Positions 45,750-54,655 of a stretch of 64,000 bases of DNA are shown here, in pieces. Origin of the DNA: Nitrospirales bacterium (GTDB taxonomy: Bacteria; Nitrospirota; Nitrospiria; Nitrospirales; UBA8639); assembly GCA_965223295.1 (NCBI GenBank), contig CBDCWC010000002.1, positions 576,001 to 640,000 of the forward strand, read 5' to 3'. A model generated the notes under the pieces. The model was not told the DNA's origin, did not search any database, and saw nothing but the letters and a program-made list of their open reading frames with translations. Made by a program: the position numbers and the translations under genes. Each line of letters opens with the position of its first letter. Position 1 is the first letter of the stretch.

Positions 45750-46772
45750 ATGCCACGCAAGCCGACTCTCTCATCATTTTCTGAGTTTCGCGAAATGGCG
45801 TATGGCTTTCGGTTATCTCGGGTTATTTTTTCTGCTTTAGATCTGGACCTCTTTAATGTGATGGGACATCGTACCTGGTCGATTCCTACCTTAGCCAAAC
45901 AGTTGAAAGTGAGCACGCGTGGGCTCCATATTCTTTGCCGGAATTTAGCCAGTGCAGGCTTGTTGGTTCCCGCATTAGGACGATATCGAACCAGTAACAT
46001 GGTCAAGCAATACCTGCAAAAAGAAAGTCCCGACTATCGCGGAGATTACCTTGCCTTGATACAGCGGCAATGGACGGAGTGGTCTCGTCTTACCGAAGTG
46101 GTGACCACAGGTGTTCCCTTTGACCATGATGAACCAGAAACGGCTGCATATCGGAAGTCTTTTTCTTGGGCCATGCATCATCGGTCTCAAGAACCAGCGC
46201 AGGAGGTGGCCAGCCAAGTCTCTTTGAAGTCAGCACGTTCCATTCTCGATCTTGGTGGCGGACCTGGGACCTATGCGTTGGCGTTTCTTCAGGAGAATCC
46301 TCAGTTACAGGCAACAGTGATGGATCGGCCAGCTGCGCTGCAAGTCGCAAAAATTTTAGCGAAAGAACAATCGCTCACGTCTCGTCTTTCCCTACAACCT
46401 GGGAATTTCCTGGATGAGGAAATTTCTGGAAAATACGATGTTGTGTGGTACTCCAATGTGCTCCATATTTATTCTGCGTCTCAGAATCTCAAGATTTTTA
46501 GGAAAATCAAACGAGTGCTCAACCCTGGCGGACGACTCCTCATTCAAGATACCTTCTTGGAAGATCCGAGAGGGCTTCGGCCCTTAGAGGCTAATTTGTT
46601 TGCGGTGACGATGTTGCTCTATACAGAGAGCGGCAATACCTACCCCATACAAGATGTGCGCGCATGGCTTCACAAAGCTGGGTTGAATTGTACTCGTGTT
46701 CTTCGCCTGAGGCCAGGAACCGGAGATTGGGAAGGTCAAATACTTGAAGCGCGTAGGTCTCTATCTACTTAA
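45750..46772 (+). CDS. O-methyltransferase (dimerisation domain + class I SAM domain)
   Basis: N-terminal ALDLDLF winged helix, LDLGGGPG, GNF, SNVLH, LNPGGRLLI. Confidence 0.88.
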   Translation: MPRKPTLSSFSEFREMAYGFRLSRVIFSALDLDLFNVMGHRTWSIPTLAKQLKVSTRGLHILCRNLASAGLLVPALGRYRTSNMVKQYLQKESPDYRGDYLALIQRQWTEWSRLTEVVTTGVPFDHDEPETAAYRKSFSWAMHHRSQEPAQEVASQVSLKSARSILDLGGGPGTYALAFLQENPQLQATVMDRPAALQVAKILAKEQSLTSRLSLQPGNFLDEEISGKYDVVWYSNVLHIYSASQNLKIFRKIKRVLNPGGRLLIQDTFLEDPRGLRPLEANLFAVTMLLYTESGNTYPIQDVRAWLHKAGLNCTRVLRLRPGTGDWEGQILEARRSLST

Positions 46773-47120
46773 ACTCTTCATTATTTATAACTCAACAGGA
46801 AAAGAGTCGGGTTCTTTGGTCGACGTATTTGTTCTTGACTCAATTGGCAGGGTTGAGAATATTGTCAGTTTTCTCAAAAGGCTTGTAAGGCCTGCTCTTT
46901 TGAGTCCGTCTCCGAGGCAGGGGAAAGTTCCTACAACCCAACAACACTCTCGTAAAATTCATAGTTAGACATCCAGTGGATTTGTGAAAGCTCCTCCCTA
47001 TTCAGGGAACCAAGTATATCCATCGAATCTTCCCGACGTTTCTCTGAAGAGACTCTCAATACCGAAAGCCGAAAGAGACGTGTCATTTCGAACTTAAGGC
47101 CTGATGGTTATGCGGCCATA

Positions 47121-49304
47121 CTAGGATGTCTGCGGGGTTTGTGCCGTCCCTTCAGATGGTTTAATTGATGTAGGATCCTGAGAATACAGACTGGGCAAGT
47201 TGATAAAAAAGGTCGTACCCCGTCCCTGCAAACTTTGTACTTCAATCTTTCCCCCATGCTCTTGGATAATTTGGTGGGCAATGGCTAATCCTAGTCCAGT
47301 TCCTTCATGTTCTTCACTGAGATGTTTGGTCGTGAAAAATGGGTCAAAGATATGTTCAATATCTTCAGGAGCAATCCCTGAACCTGCGTCTTGAATTTCT
47401 ATTTGAACCCATTCTGGTTTTCCAGGGGAGGTGAGATGTCTAGTGCGGACGGTTAACACACCGCCAGCCGGCATCATGGCTTCCACGGCATTAAACAGAA
47501 AATTAAGAATGACTTGTTTCAGTTTTTGACGGTCAGCATAGACCTTCGGTAAACCTCGAATGAGATCGGTTTCAATCACAATGAGTTCATGGGAAGGGCG
47601 GACGCGTAGCGTATACAAGCACGATTCCAAAATCTCATTCAGATCTTCTTCTCGCAAGAACGGTTCAATTGGTTTGGCATAATCCAATATTTCTCGAGTT
47701 AGTCGTTCAATACGAAACACATCTTCCTTGACCACTTTGCTGAATCTAGCCAAAAACTGTTCATCGTCTTTTCGTTCCGGTGCCAAATCCACAAAGGCTT
47801 TAATTGAGGTTAAAGGATTGCGAATTTCATGGGCCAAGCCTCCTGCCATGGTCTCTAGTGAGCGCAATCGGTCAGTTCGGCGTACTAATGATTGAGATTG
47901 TTTGAGCTCTTCATACAAGAGAGCATTATCCAAGGCCACTGAAGCTTCTTGGGACAAGGTGGCTAGTAATTCTAAATCTTGGACTGAATAGCTCCCGTCG
48001 TCTGTTATTCGTGGGCCAAACACACAAAAGCCTAACAGGCGATTTTTGTTGACCAGAGGTAGACAGACCTCTGCTCCGATTTGCCCAAGTTTGGTCAGTA
48101 CCACTTGCGATTCTTCATCTGTGGCGAAGTCTTTCAAATCATTGACCAAAAAACTTGTTGTCCCTTGTTGCCAGGAGTCTTCCAATAATGAGCGGGATGC
48201 AAGGTGTACGTCAGAAAACTCGGTTAATAATTTTCCAAAACTTGATACGGGATGATAGTCCTGGCCGCTTTTCTTTCGTAAATATAAGGTACCCCATTGG
48301 AGTCCTAACGTTGGGCAGATCGATTGAACAATTGTGGCCGTCAAATCTTGAAGTTCTAAAATAGAGACCAGGGATTTCGAAAAATTCAACACGGTCTTAT
48401 ATTGATCATACCGCTCCTTAAATAGCGCTTTCGTAATGAGATTTTTTGCCTGCGTTTTCAATGAAGAGGCTCCAAACACCAGAAGCAACAACACGAAAAG
48501 TTCAAGTAAGGAATACCCAATATTGATGGATCCTAAATACCAATGTTGGCCGAGTAGTAAGACGGGATAGGCGGGAAATGCAATCAATACGACAAGTAGG
48601 CTGCCGGTGACACCGCGTTCCAATGCCGTACCAAGGTCAAGAAGGCGATAGCGGAGAAGGGTGAACGCAACCACAGAGATGTACACGGTTGCCAAAATTG
48701 CCCCGACAGGTTGTATGTTGATGCCATACCACAAGGGGAAGGTGGTGAGGCCACCACCGTACGCCACAATAGAACCACCAACTAAAAGATAATACCGTGA
48801 TCGTTCGGCGCCATGTTTTCTCTGAGCGGCTTGGAACAATAACCATGTCCCATAGAGAGAACAGAGCCCAAACCAGAGGAGATAGAAATGAAAGACAGGT
48901 CCGGGTTGTGGCCAGAACGAAAAACCTCCGGCAGGCTGAACGTTAACCACAAAATAGGGTGTTCCATTGGCAACCCATAAGAAGGTGGTGACGCCAGCGA
49001 TGACCCACAAAAATCGACGCTTATGGTGGATGTGTTCAAATTCCAGTAATGTGAAGACGTGCCAGACAAAAGTCCCGGGGAGGGCAATTGCCCCAATCAT
49101 GAGGAGGCGTACACATAATAACGCCGCATCATGGGATGAGGAAATTTGCCATGCTCCATAGCCAAACCCCCAGATTGCAGCTGCGAGCACATAGAAGGCA
49201 TAGGCTTGATGCTTAGGATGAGAAGGATTTTTGGCAAAAACGAGTAGGCCGGAAATGGTGGCGACTAGACCGGTCAGAAATCCACTTAAGGCATGCAGGG
49301 TCAC
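47121..49304 (-). CDS. membrane sensor histidine kinase (HisKA_7TM-like TM region, GAF, HisKA, HATPase)
   Basis: many hydrophobic helices in the first ~285 aa, GAF (CLPL....LLGF..FG....YS..D.ELL..L), H-box AHEIRNPLTSI, NAVEA, DAGSGI, FDPFFTTK, GTGLGL. Confidence 0.93.
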   Translation of the reverse strand: MTLHALSGFLTGLVATISGLLVFAKNPSHPKHQAYAFYVLAAAIWGFGYGAWQISSSHDAALLCVRLLMIGAIALPGTFVWHVFTLLEFEHIHHKRRFLWVIAGVTTFLWVANGTPYFVVNVQPAGGFSFWPQPGPVFHFYLLWFGLCSLYGTWLLFQAAQRKHGAERSRYYLLVGGSIVAYGGGLTTFPLWYGINIQPVGAILATVYISVVAFTLLRYRLLDLGTALERGVTGSLLVVLIAFPAYPVLLLGQHWYLGSINIGYSLLELFVLLLLVFGASSLKTQAKNLITKALFKERYDQYKTVLNFSKSLVSILELQDLTATIVQSICPTLGLQWGTLYLRKKSGQDYHPVSSFGKLLTEFSDVHLASRSLLEDSWQQGTTSFLVNDLKDFATDEESQVVLTKLGQIGAEVCLPLVNKNRLLGFCVFGPRITDDGSYSVQDLELLATLSQEASVALDNALLYEELKQSQSLVRRTDRLRSLETMAGGLAHEIRNPLTSIKAFVDLAPERKDDEQFLARFSKVVKEDVFRIERLTREILDYAKPIEPFLREEDLNEILESCLYTLRVRPSHELIVIETDLIRGLPKVYADRQKLKQVILNFLFNAVEAMMPAGGVLTVRTRHLTSPGKPEWVQIEIQDAGSGIAPEDIEHIFDPFFTTKHLSEEHEGTGLGLAIAHQIIQEHGGKIEVQSLQGRGTTFFINLPSLYSQDPTSIKPSEGTAQTPQTS

Positions 49305-49342
49305 GTAGAAGAAAATTCCCCGGGTGAGAAAAAGGCATCCCT

Positions 49343-49358
49343 AGCAACGGTTTTGCCA
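49343..49358 (-). promoter_or_regulatory. sigma-54 promoter of sensor kinase
   Basis: minus strand TGGCAAAACCGTTGCT (GG-N10-GC), 38 bp upstream of the GTG start. Confidence 0.7.
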
Positions 49359-49533
49359 CATGAAGGCTTATTGGACAATAAATATGCCTAGAAGTCAAAG
49401 CTTTGGGGTTCTTCCTCCCTTTCCCACATGGTCTCATTGAAGGCTCACGACAGCTGTTGCTGAACGAGTCTGTGGTTCATGGCTATTCTGAGAATCGTGT
49501 TCTTTCTGAGCTCATTGAGCGATTTCAACTCGT

Positions 49534-49771
49534 GGGTCTGCTGAAAAAACCCGCCAGCGGCGTTCCCTGACTTCGCCGGAGCGGCTTCGCGCAGGCAGGT
49601 CGCCATTTTTCCGTGCTCACATACTGCCAGTATGCTCCGCGCGCAAGAATGGCTGTGGCCTTTCCTTCGACAAGCTCAGGGCAGGACTGGACGGGCCGAC
49701 CCGACGTTCTTGATCGCCAAGAGCTTCCTGGCGAAACATGGCCTTTGCTATCTTCGTTATTCAACACTCCA
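49534..49771 (+). mobile_element. MITE family A copy 5 with two nested REP-like insertions
   Basis: GGGTCTGCTGAAAAAA...TTCAACACTCC; CTCGT direct repeat (49529-49533/49772-49776); inserts at 49566-49599 and about 49663-49686. Confidence 0.85.
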
Positions 49772-49782
49772 CTCGTGCAAAG

Positions 49783-52128
49783 TCATGCCGCGCCTTTGAA
49801 ATCATTGGATGTGTTGCTGATTGGAGTTTTCGGTCCAGTAGTCTTTTGCAATGGACGCAATGAAAAATTTCCAGCAGCGATGGGCTTTTCTAAGATAATC
49901 ACATACGCTTGGTTGGCAAATGCAGGATACACCCCTGCATGCACGCATCCCAGCGAATCTAAAGCTTTTTCCCATTCTGTTTGATCGAAAAAACGAAATT
50001 GCCCTTCTTTTTCGGCTTGTCGAATTTTCCCGTAATTATTCAGGAGTTCCCGGGCTTCCGCTTTCTGAGCATGTTCCTTCGCCTGGTTGATTAGATTTTG
50101 GTAGATGCCGGAAAAGTCTCCATTGGGTTTCAGATTGGAAAGTACCATTCGGCCGCCGGGAGCAAGAACTCGATACAATTCTTGTAAAGATGAGTGAGGA
50201 TCAGCCACATACCCAAGAACCAAGTTTGAAACGATCCGATCAAATTGGTGATTATGAAATGGCAACGGCTGCTGCAAGTCTACCTGTGCCCATGCCATTT
50301 GAAAGGAGGGAAACTCCGGCGAACGTGTATTTTGCAGCCCGTGGTACGTGTGAGTCATGTGTGCTTGAGCTCGTCCAAGTGCTTCAGAGCTCGCATCGAT
50401 ACCAACATAGCGAATCGAATGCTCTGAAGTTAGAGAAGGAAAAGTGTGTTGATGTTTCAGAGATTCCAATAAAAACAGCCCCGCATTCCCATTGCCACAT
50501 CCGACATCTAACACATATTGCCCTGCAGTAATGGGCCCCAACGCCCGAAACACATGATCTAACAGTTGAACATAATCCTGACATTTTCCCACGGATTGAA
50601 AATGTCCAAGATAATCATCCCAAAAACCTTGGCCAACATCGGTGTGAGAATGTGCCTGTAATGCCATTTTTTCATGGCGATTTTGCCGACCAAGGGTTAG
50701 ACGATTAGGTTCATGAATCTCAGTTTGAGATGCGGCACATGCGACATGGTTTCGGCAATGATCAATAATGTGTCGATAGGTTCTGCGTGCCACTTTTGGA
50801 TTTTCTTGAATTCGATGTAACGCTTCAGGTATATCCAGCCATTCTGATACACGTGTGCCTGCGGCCTGCTTCACCATTTCAGCATCCTGGCGGTCAATCC
50901 AACAATCTTTCCCTGCTGAGATATAGAAGATTGGAGTCTGCAAGGCCCGCACATTGTCAATCGTGTGATTGAGTTTGGAGAAATTATTGGTTGCGGCATC
51001 GGTTAAAAAGTGTCCATTCACATTAAATCCCAAAATATTTGTGGAATAAGGAATGTGTCCCTGCCGATAGTTGGCAAAGAGGTCTTCTTGATGAACCGTG
51101 GCCACGGTTCGTTCAACATCGACGACTCCAACCAGCAGAACTAACAGTGCCAGTGAAGGTTCCTCTACTTCAGCTTTGATGGTGACCGGCCCAGCTAAAC
51201 TCGACGCCACTCCGATAACCTGGCTCTGAGGCCATTGCTGACGAACAAACCGTATTACCGACTGGAAATCCTGTTTCATTGAAGAAAGGGTAAAACCAAA
51301 GTGCTGCCCATCACTCTCTCCCACATGATTGGTGTGGTCATAACGCACAACATGAAACCCATTGCTGGCAAAATAATAGGCTAACGTAAGATAGTCACGC
51401 TTCGTTTCCCCATAGCCGGGAGCCATGACCACAACCGGCAATCTGGAAAGATCAGTTTCAATTGGATAATCATGATAGGCGATAATAGTGTGGCCTTTGG
51501 AATTTTCCAGCGCCACTCTGTTGCTCTTAATAGGTTGATTAGCTGGAGAAGCCTGATTGTTTGGATTGCAGAATGTCTGTGTTTTAGAAACTTGAAGAGG
51601 GTGGGATTCATGATTCTGGAGTTCGTTGTCACATGAAGGACCCGACTTAGGTTTCGTGACTTGGCTCATGACAAAACTGCCAGGCTCCAATGCGAACGAA
51701 TCAATTGGAGAATTATCCAATGTTCTGGGAGGTTTTTGTGAATGATGAAGCATCACACGAAGAAGGGTGCTCCCTTCCCATACCGTCGGCCCTCGATTGA
51801 TTGTGACGTGTTGAATCGTTCCCTGCTGCATTGAGGTCAATAGTGTGGACCTTGTTCCAAAACACTGAAAGGTCATTTCCTGCCCGACGTGTACGGGAGG
51901 CATTCCTTGTAGGTTCAATTCTAAAGCTCCTGTTGCCCCTAGTTGTATCTGACCTTCCCAATTTCCGCCGAGACAATGAAAAAATACTGGAACGGGAGCA
52001 CATCCGTTTAGTGCTGGTTGTCTCTTTTCTCTGAATAGTTCAGATCGTTCGGGAGCGAATTCTTGATTTCTTTTCGAGACGGATGTTGACGTGTCCAATA
52101 AAATTTCATTCATCATTCTTTCCCCCAT
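49783..52128 (-). CDS. LuxD-like acyl-ACP thioesterase / class I SAM methyltransferase fusion protein
   Basis: aa ~200-490 match LuxD motifs from memory (LAYYFASNGFHVVRYDHTNHVGESDG, VASSLAG, VGVVD, AGKDCW, LHRIQEN); aa ~500-750 methyltransferase (LDVGCGNG, GIDAS, LPF...FD, RVLAPGG); start may be 52116/52113. Confidence 0.85.
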   Translation of the reverse strand: MGERMMNEILLDTSTSVSKRNQEFAPERSELFREKRQPALNGCAPVPVFFHCLGGNWEGQIQLGATGALELNLQGMPPVHVGQEMTFQCFGTRSTLLTSMQQGTIQHVTINRGPTVWEGSTLLRVMLHHSQKPPRTLDNSPIDSFALEPGSFVMSQVTKPKSGPSCDNELQNHESHPLQVSKTQTFCNPNNQASPANQPIKSNRVALENSKGHTIIAYHDYPIETDLSRLPVVVMAPGYGETKRDYLTLAYYFASNGFHVVRYDHTNHVGESDGQHFGFTLSSMKQDFQSVIRFVRQQWPQSQVIGVASSLAGPVTIKAEVEEPSLALLVLLVGVVDVERTVATVHQEDLFANYRQGHIPYSTNILGFNVNGHFLTDAATNNFSKLNHTIDNVRALQTPIFYISAGKDCWIDRQDAEMVKQAAGTRVSEWLDIPEALHRIQENPKVARRTYRHIIDHCRNHVACAASQTEIHEPNRLTLGRQNRHEKMALQAHSHTDVGQGFWDDYLGHFQSVGKCQDYVQLLDHVFRALGPITAGQYVLDVGCGNGNAGLFLLESLKHQHTFPSLTSEHSIRYVGIDASSEALGRAQAHMTHTYHGLQNTRSPEFPSFQMAWAQVDLQQPLPFHNHQFDRIVSNLVLGYVADPHSSLQELYRVLAPGGRMVLSNLKPNGDFSGIYQNLINQAKEHAQKAEARELLNNYGKIRQAEKEGQFRFFDQTEWEKALDSLGCVHAGVYPAFANQAYVIILEKPIAAGNFSLRPLQKTTGPKTPISNTSNDFKGAA

Positions 52129-52323
52129 TTAATTAAGTGTTTTTACTTACTTTTTTGGTCAAAGAATTCCCCGGGTTCACAAGAACCCCCACGAAGTTCA
52201 ACCGAATTTAGTGAACTGTTTTAAGAGCAAATCGGAGAAGGCTGGTCGGCAGGGAGAGGGTTGCTGAATCGCCTGAATGATTCAGGGCGCCTTCGGATTT
52301 TTTCTCTTATGACTTAGTACTAG

Positions 52324-52340
52324 AGCAACCTAAATGCCAA
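52324..52340 (-). promoter_or_regulatory. sigma-54 promoter of thioesterase-methyltransferase gene
   Basis: minus strand TTGGCATTTAGGTTGCT, near-perfect -24/-12 consensus about 195 bp upstream of the start. Confidence 0.75.
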
Positions 52341-52567
52341 AGTTTTGGCAAAAAGAAATTCCTTGGAAATACTGGGAAATTTTTGCCGAAGAAAGCAGAA
52401 ACACGGCATTGAAACGTGAAAAGTTCATTATGAGCTGTCGAGCAACTGACAGGGCCAGAGCAATTGCGTAGAGATCCCTGACATGCAGGAATGACTTTTT
52501 TCATTGACTCCGCCCTATGGTCTACCTAGAATTCATTCACGATTGCCAACATCACGAGGAGGTTCGT

Positions 52568-54655
52568 ATGAAACACGGCACCATCCACAATGTTGTCCTG
52601 GCTTCCTATCCTGGAGCCGGAAAAACCAGCCTCACTGAAGCTCTCGCCTTTTCGGCCGGACTCATTCCCAGTATGGGCCATGTCTTACAGGGCACTACTC
52701 TTGCCGACTTTGAACCGGAAGAAGTACATCGTCATCATTCCTTGAGTTCTGCGCTGATTCAATTTGAATGGCAGGGGACAAGAATGAACGTCCTGGATAC
52801 TCCGGGTATGTCGGATTATGGAGTGGAGGTCCAGTCGTCGCTGAGGGCTGCGGATGGCGTGATTTTAGTGATCGGGGCTGGAACGGGGCTTCGTTCAGAA
52901 ATTGAACGGGTGTGGGACTTGATTCAAGAGCAGGAACTGCCTTGTTTGATTTTTATCAATGAATTAGATAAGGACGGGACCGATTTTACGGCGATCTTGG
53001 AGGAGTGCCAAAAAAGCTTAGAGCTGAAGGGGGTACCGCTGACGATTCCAGGAATGCAAGATGGACAACTGTCGGGAGTCATTGATCTCCTATCTCGCCA
53101 GTTCGTAACCTCTCATATACAGGGACCAAAATTTCAACGAAAGGATCTTTTGGCAGAACATGAAACGTTGACAACTGAGCATCGACGTCGGCTTACCGAA
53201 CTAGTGGCCGAGACGAATGATCAACTGGTGGAAAAGTACCTCACGGATGGAGAGCTGTCGGATGAAGATCTGATTGATGGCTTGACGTTGGGTACTCTGG
53301 AGCGAAAAATTGTTCCCGTTCTTTGTGGATCAGCAACCAGCAACGTGGGAATAGCGAGTCTTTTGGATGCCGTCATCCGTTTTCTGCCCTCGCCTGAAGA
53401 TCGCGCCAAGTTACATCCCTTGGCTGGTATTCAGCCACAAACTCAGGAAGCCTGTCAGCGACATCCCAACCCTCAAGAACCATTTTCGGGCCTCGCATTT
53501 AAAACTACGATTGATCCATTCATGGGTCGTCTCACCTATGTTCGAGTCTTGTCGGGAACACTCCAAGCCGATTCAGCTTTTTTCAATGCTTCACGGCAAG
53601 TCAAAGAAAAAGGTGGGCACCTCTTCTTTTCTATCGGGAAAAAACATCAACAAACCGATCACGCGGACGCGGGCGATATTGTGGCAATCGCTAAGCTTAA
53701 AGACACACAAACTGGCGATACGATTTGTGAAGAGAAACATCCCATTGCCTACCCCGGTCTTACGATTTTAAAACCTGTCATGTCTTATGCGTTAGAGGTT
53801 AAAAGTAACAAAGAAATCGACAAGGTGAGTTTAGGCTTACATAAGTTGGTGGAGGAAGATCCCTCTCTGGAATTTTTGAGAAATGATGAAACCAAGGAAA
53901 TGCTTCTGAGCGGGGTAGGGCAAGTCCATATCGATGCGACCTTAGAAAAGTTACGGCGGAAATATGGGGTAGACGTAAATTTACATATGCCAAAGGTGCC
54001 CTACAAAGAAACGATTCACCGTATGGCTCAAGCCCAAGGCAAGTACAAAAAACAAACAGGAGGACATGGGCAATTTGGCGATTGTTGGTTGCAGATTGAA
54101 CCGCTGTCCCGGGGAAAAGGCTTCGAATTTCACAACAAGATTGTGGGCGGCGCGATTCCGAGGAATTTTATCCCCGCCGTTGAAAAAGGCGTACAAGAAG
54201 CCATGCAACATGGCATTATTGCCGGCTTTCCGGTGATCGACGTGCAAGTCACTGTCTATGATGGCTCACATCATCCGGTTGACTCCTCAGAAATGGCCTT
54301 TAAAGTCGCTGCATCAATGGGCTTCAAGAAAGCTATGGAGTCAGCCCAAGCAGGCTTGCTTGAACCAATCATGGCTGTGGAAGTGACTGTTCCTGATGAT
54401 CTGGTAGGAACCGTCATTGGTGATCTCAACTCGCGTCGTGGGCGTATTCAGGGGATGGATGCCAAAGGCCATCATGAAATCGTCAAAGCTCATGTGCCCT
54501 TAGCGGAAATGCTCACCTATGCACCAACGCTCACATCACTGACTGGAGGAAAAGGCAGTTATCGAATGGAATTTTTTGGCTACGAAGACGTTCCCAAAGA
54601 ATTGGTCAATCGAGTCGTAGAAGAACAACAGAAGGAAGCGGTCGCGTCGACTTAG
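52568..54655 (+). CDS. elongation factor G paralog (EF-G2-like, degenerate GTPase motifs)
   Basis: GAGKT, DTPG, KQTGGHGQFG, DSSEMAF, LLEPIM, GDLNSRRG; divergent switch I and G4; GGAGG RBS before ATG 52568. Confidence 0.9.
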   Translation: MKHGTIHNVVLASYPGAGKTSLTEALAFSAGLIPSMGHVLQGTTLADFEPEEVHRHHSLSSALIQFEWQGTRMNVLDTPGMSDYGVEVQSSLRAADGVILVIGAGTGLRSEIERVWDLIQEQELPCLIFINELDKDGTDFTAILEECQKSLELKGVPLTIPGMQDGQLSGVIDLLSRQFVTSHIQGPKFQRKDLLAEHETLTTEHRRRLTELVAETNDQLVEKYLTDGELSDEDLIDGLTLGTLERKIVPVLCGSATSNVGIASLLDAVIRFLPSPEDRAKLHPLAGIQPQTQEACQRHPNPQEPFSGLAFKTTIDPFMGRLTYVRVLSGTLQADSAFFNASRQVKEKGGHLFFSIGKKHQQTDHADAGDIVAIAKLKDTQTGDTICEEKHPIAYPGLTILKPVMSYALEVKSNKEIDKVSLGLHKLVEEDPSLEFLRNDETKEMLLSGVGQVHIDATLEKLRRKYGVDVNLHMPKVPYKETIHRMAQAQGKYKKQTGGHGQFGDCWLQIEPLSRGKGFEFHNKIVGGAIPRNFIPAVEKGVQEAMQHGIIAGFPVIDVQVTVYDGSHHPVDSSEMAFKVAASMGFKKAMESAQAGLLEPIMAVEVTVPDDLVGTVIGDLNSRRGRIQGMDAKGHHEIVKAHVPLAEMLTYAPTLTSLTGGKGSYRMEFFGYEDVPKELVNRVVEEQQKEAVAST

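Noticed and set aside
47036-47084. Hammerhead-ribozyme-like core CTGAAGA...GAAA
   Set aside because: The strand before CTGAAGA pairs directly with the strand after GAAA, leaving no stem I, and stem II has mismatches; not a complete hammerhead
47121-49304. PEP-CTERM system kinase PrsK
   Set aside because: Architecture is similar, but the H-box is NtrB-like (HEIRNP) rather than the HDLKN type I recall for PrsK, and no prsR is adjacent
49783-52128. Bioluminescence (lux) locus
   Set aside because: Only a LuxD-like domain is present; no luxC, luxE, luxA or luxB in the window, and the rib genes are about 15 kb away in a housekeeping operon
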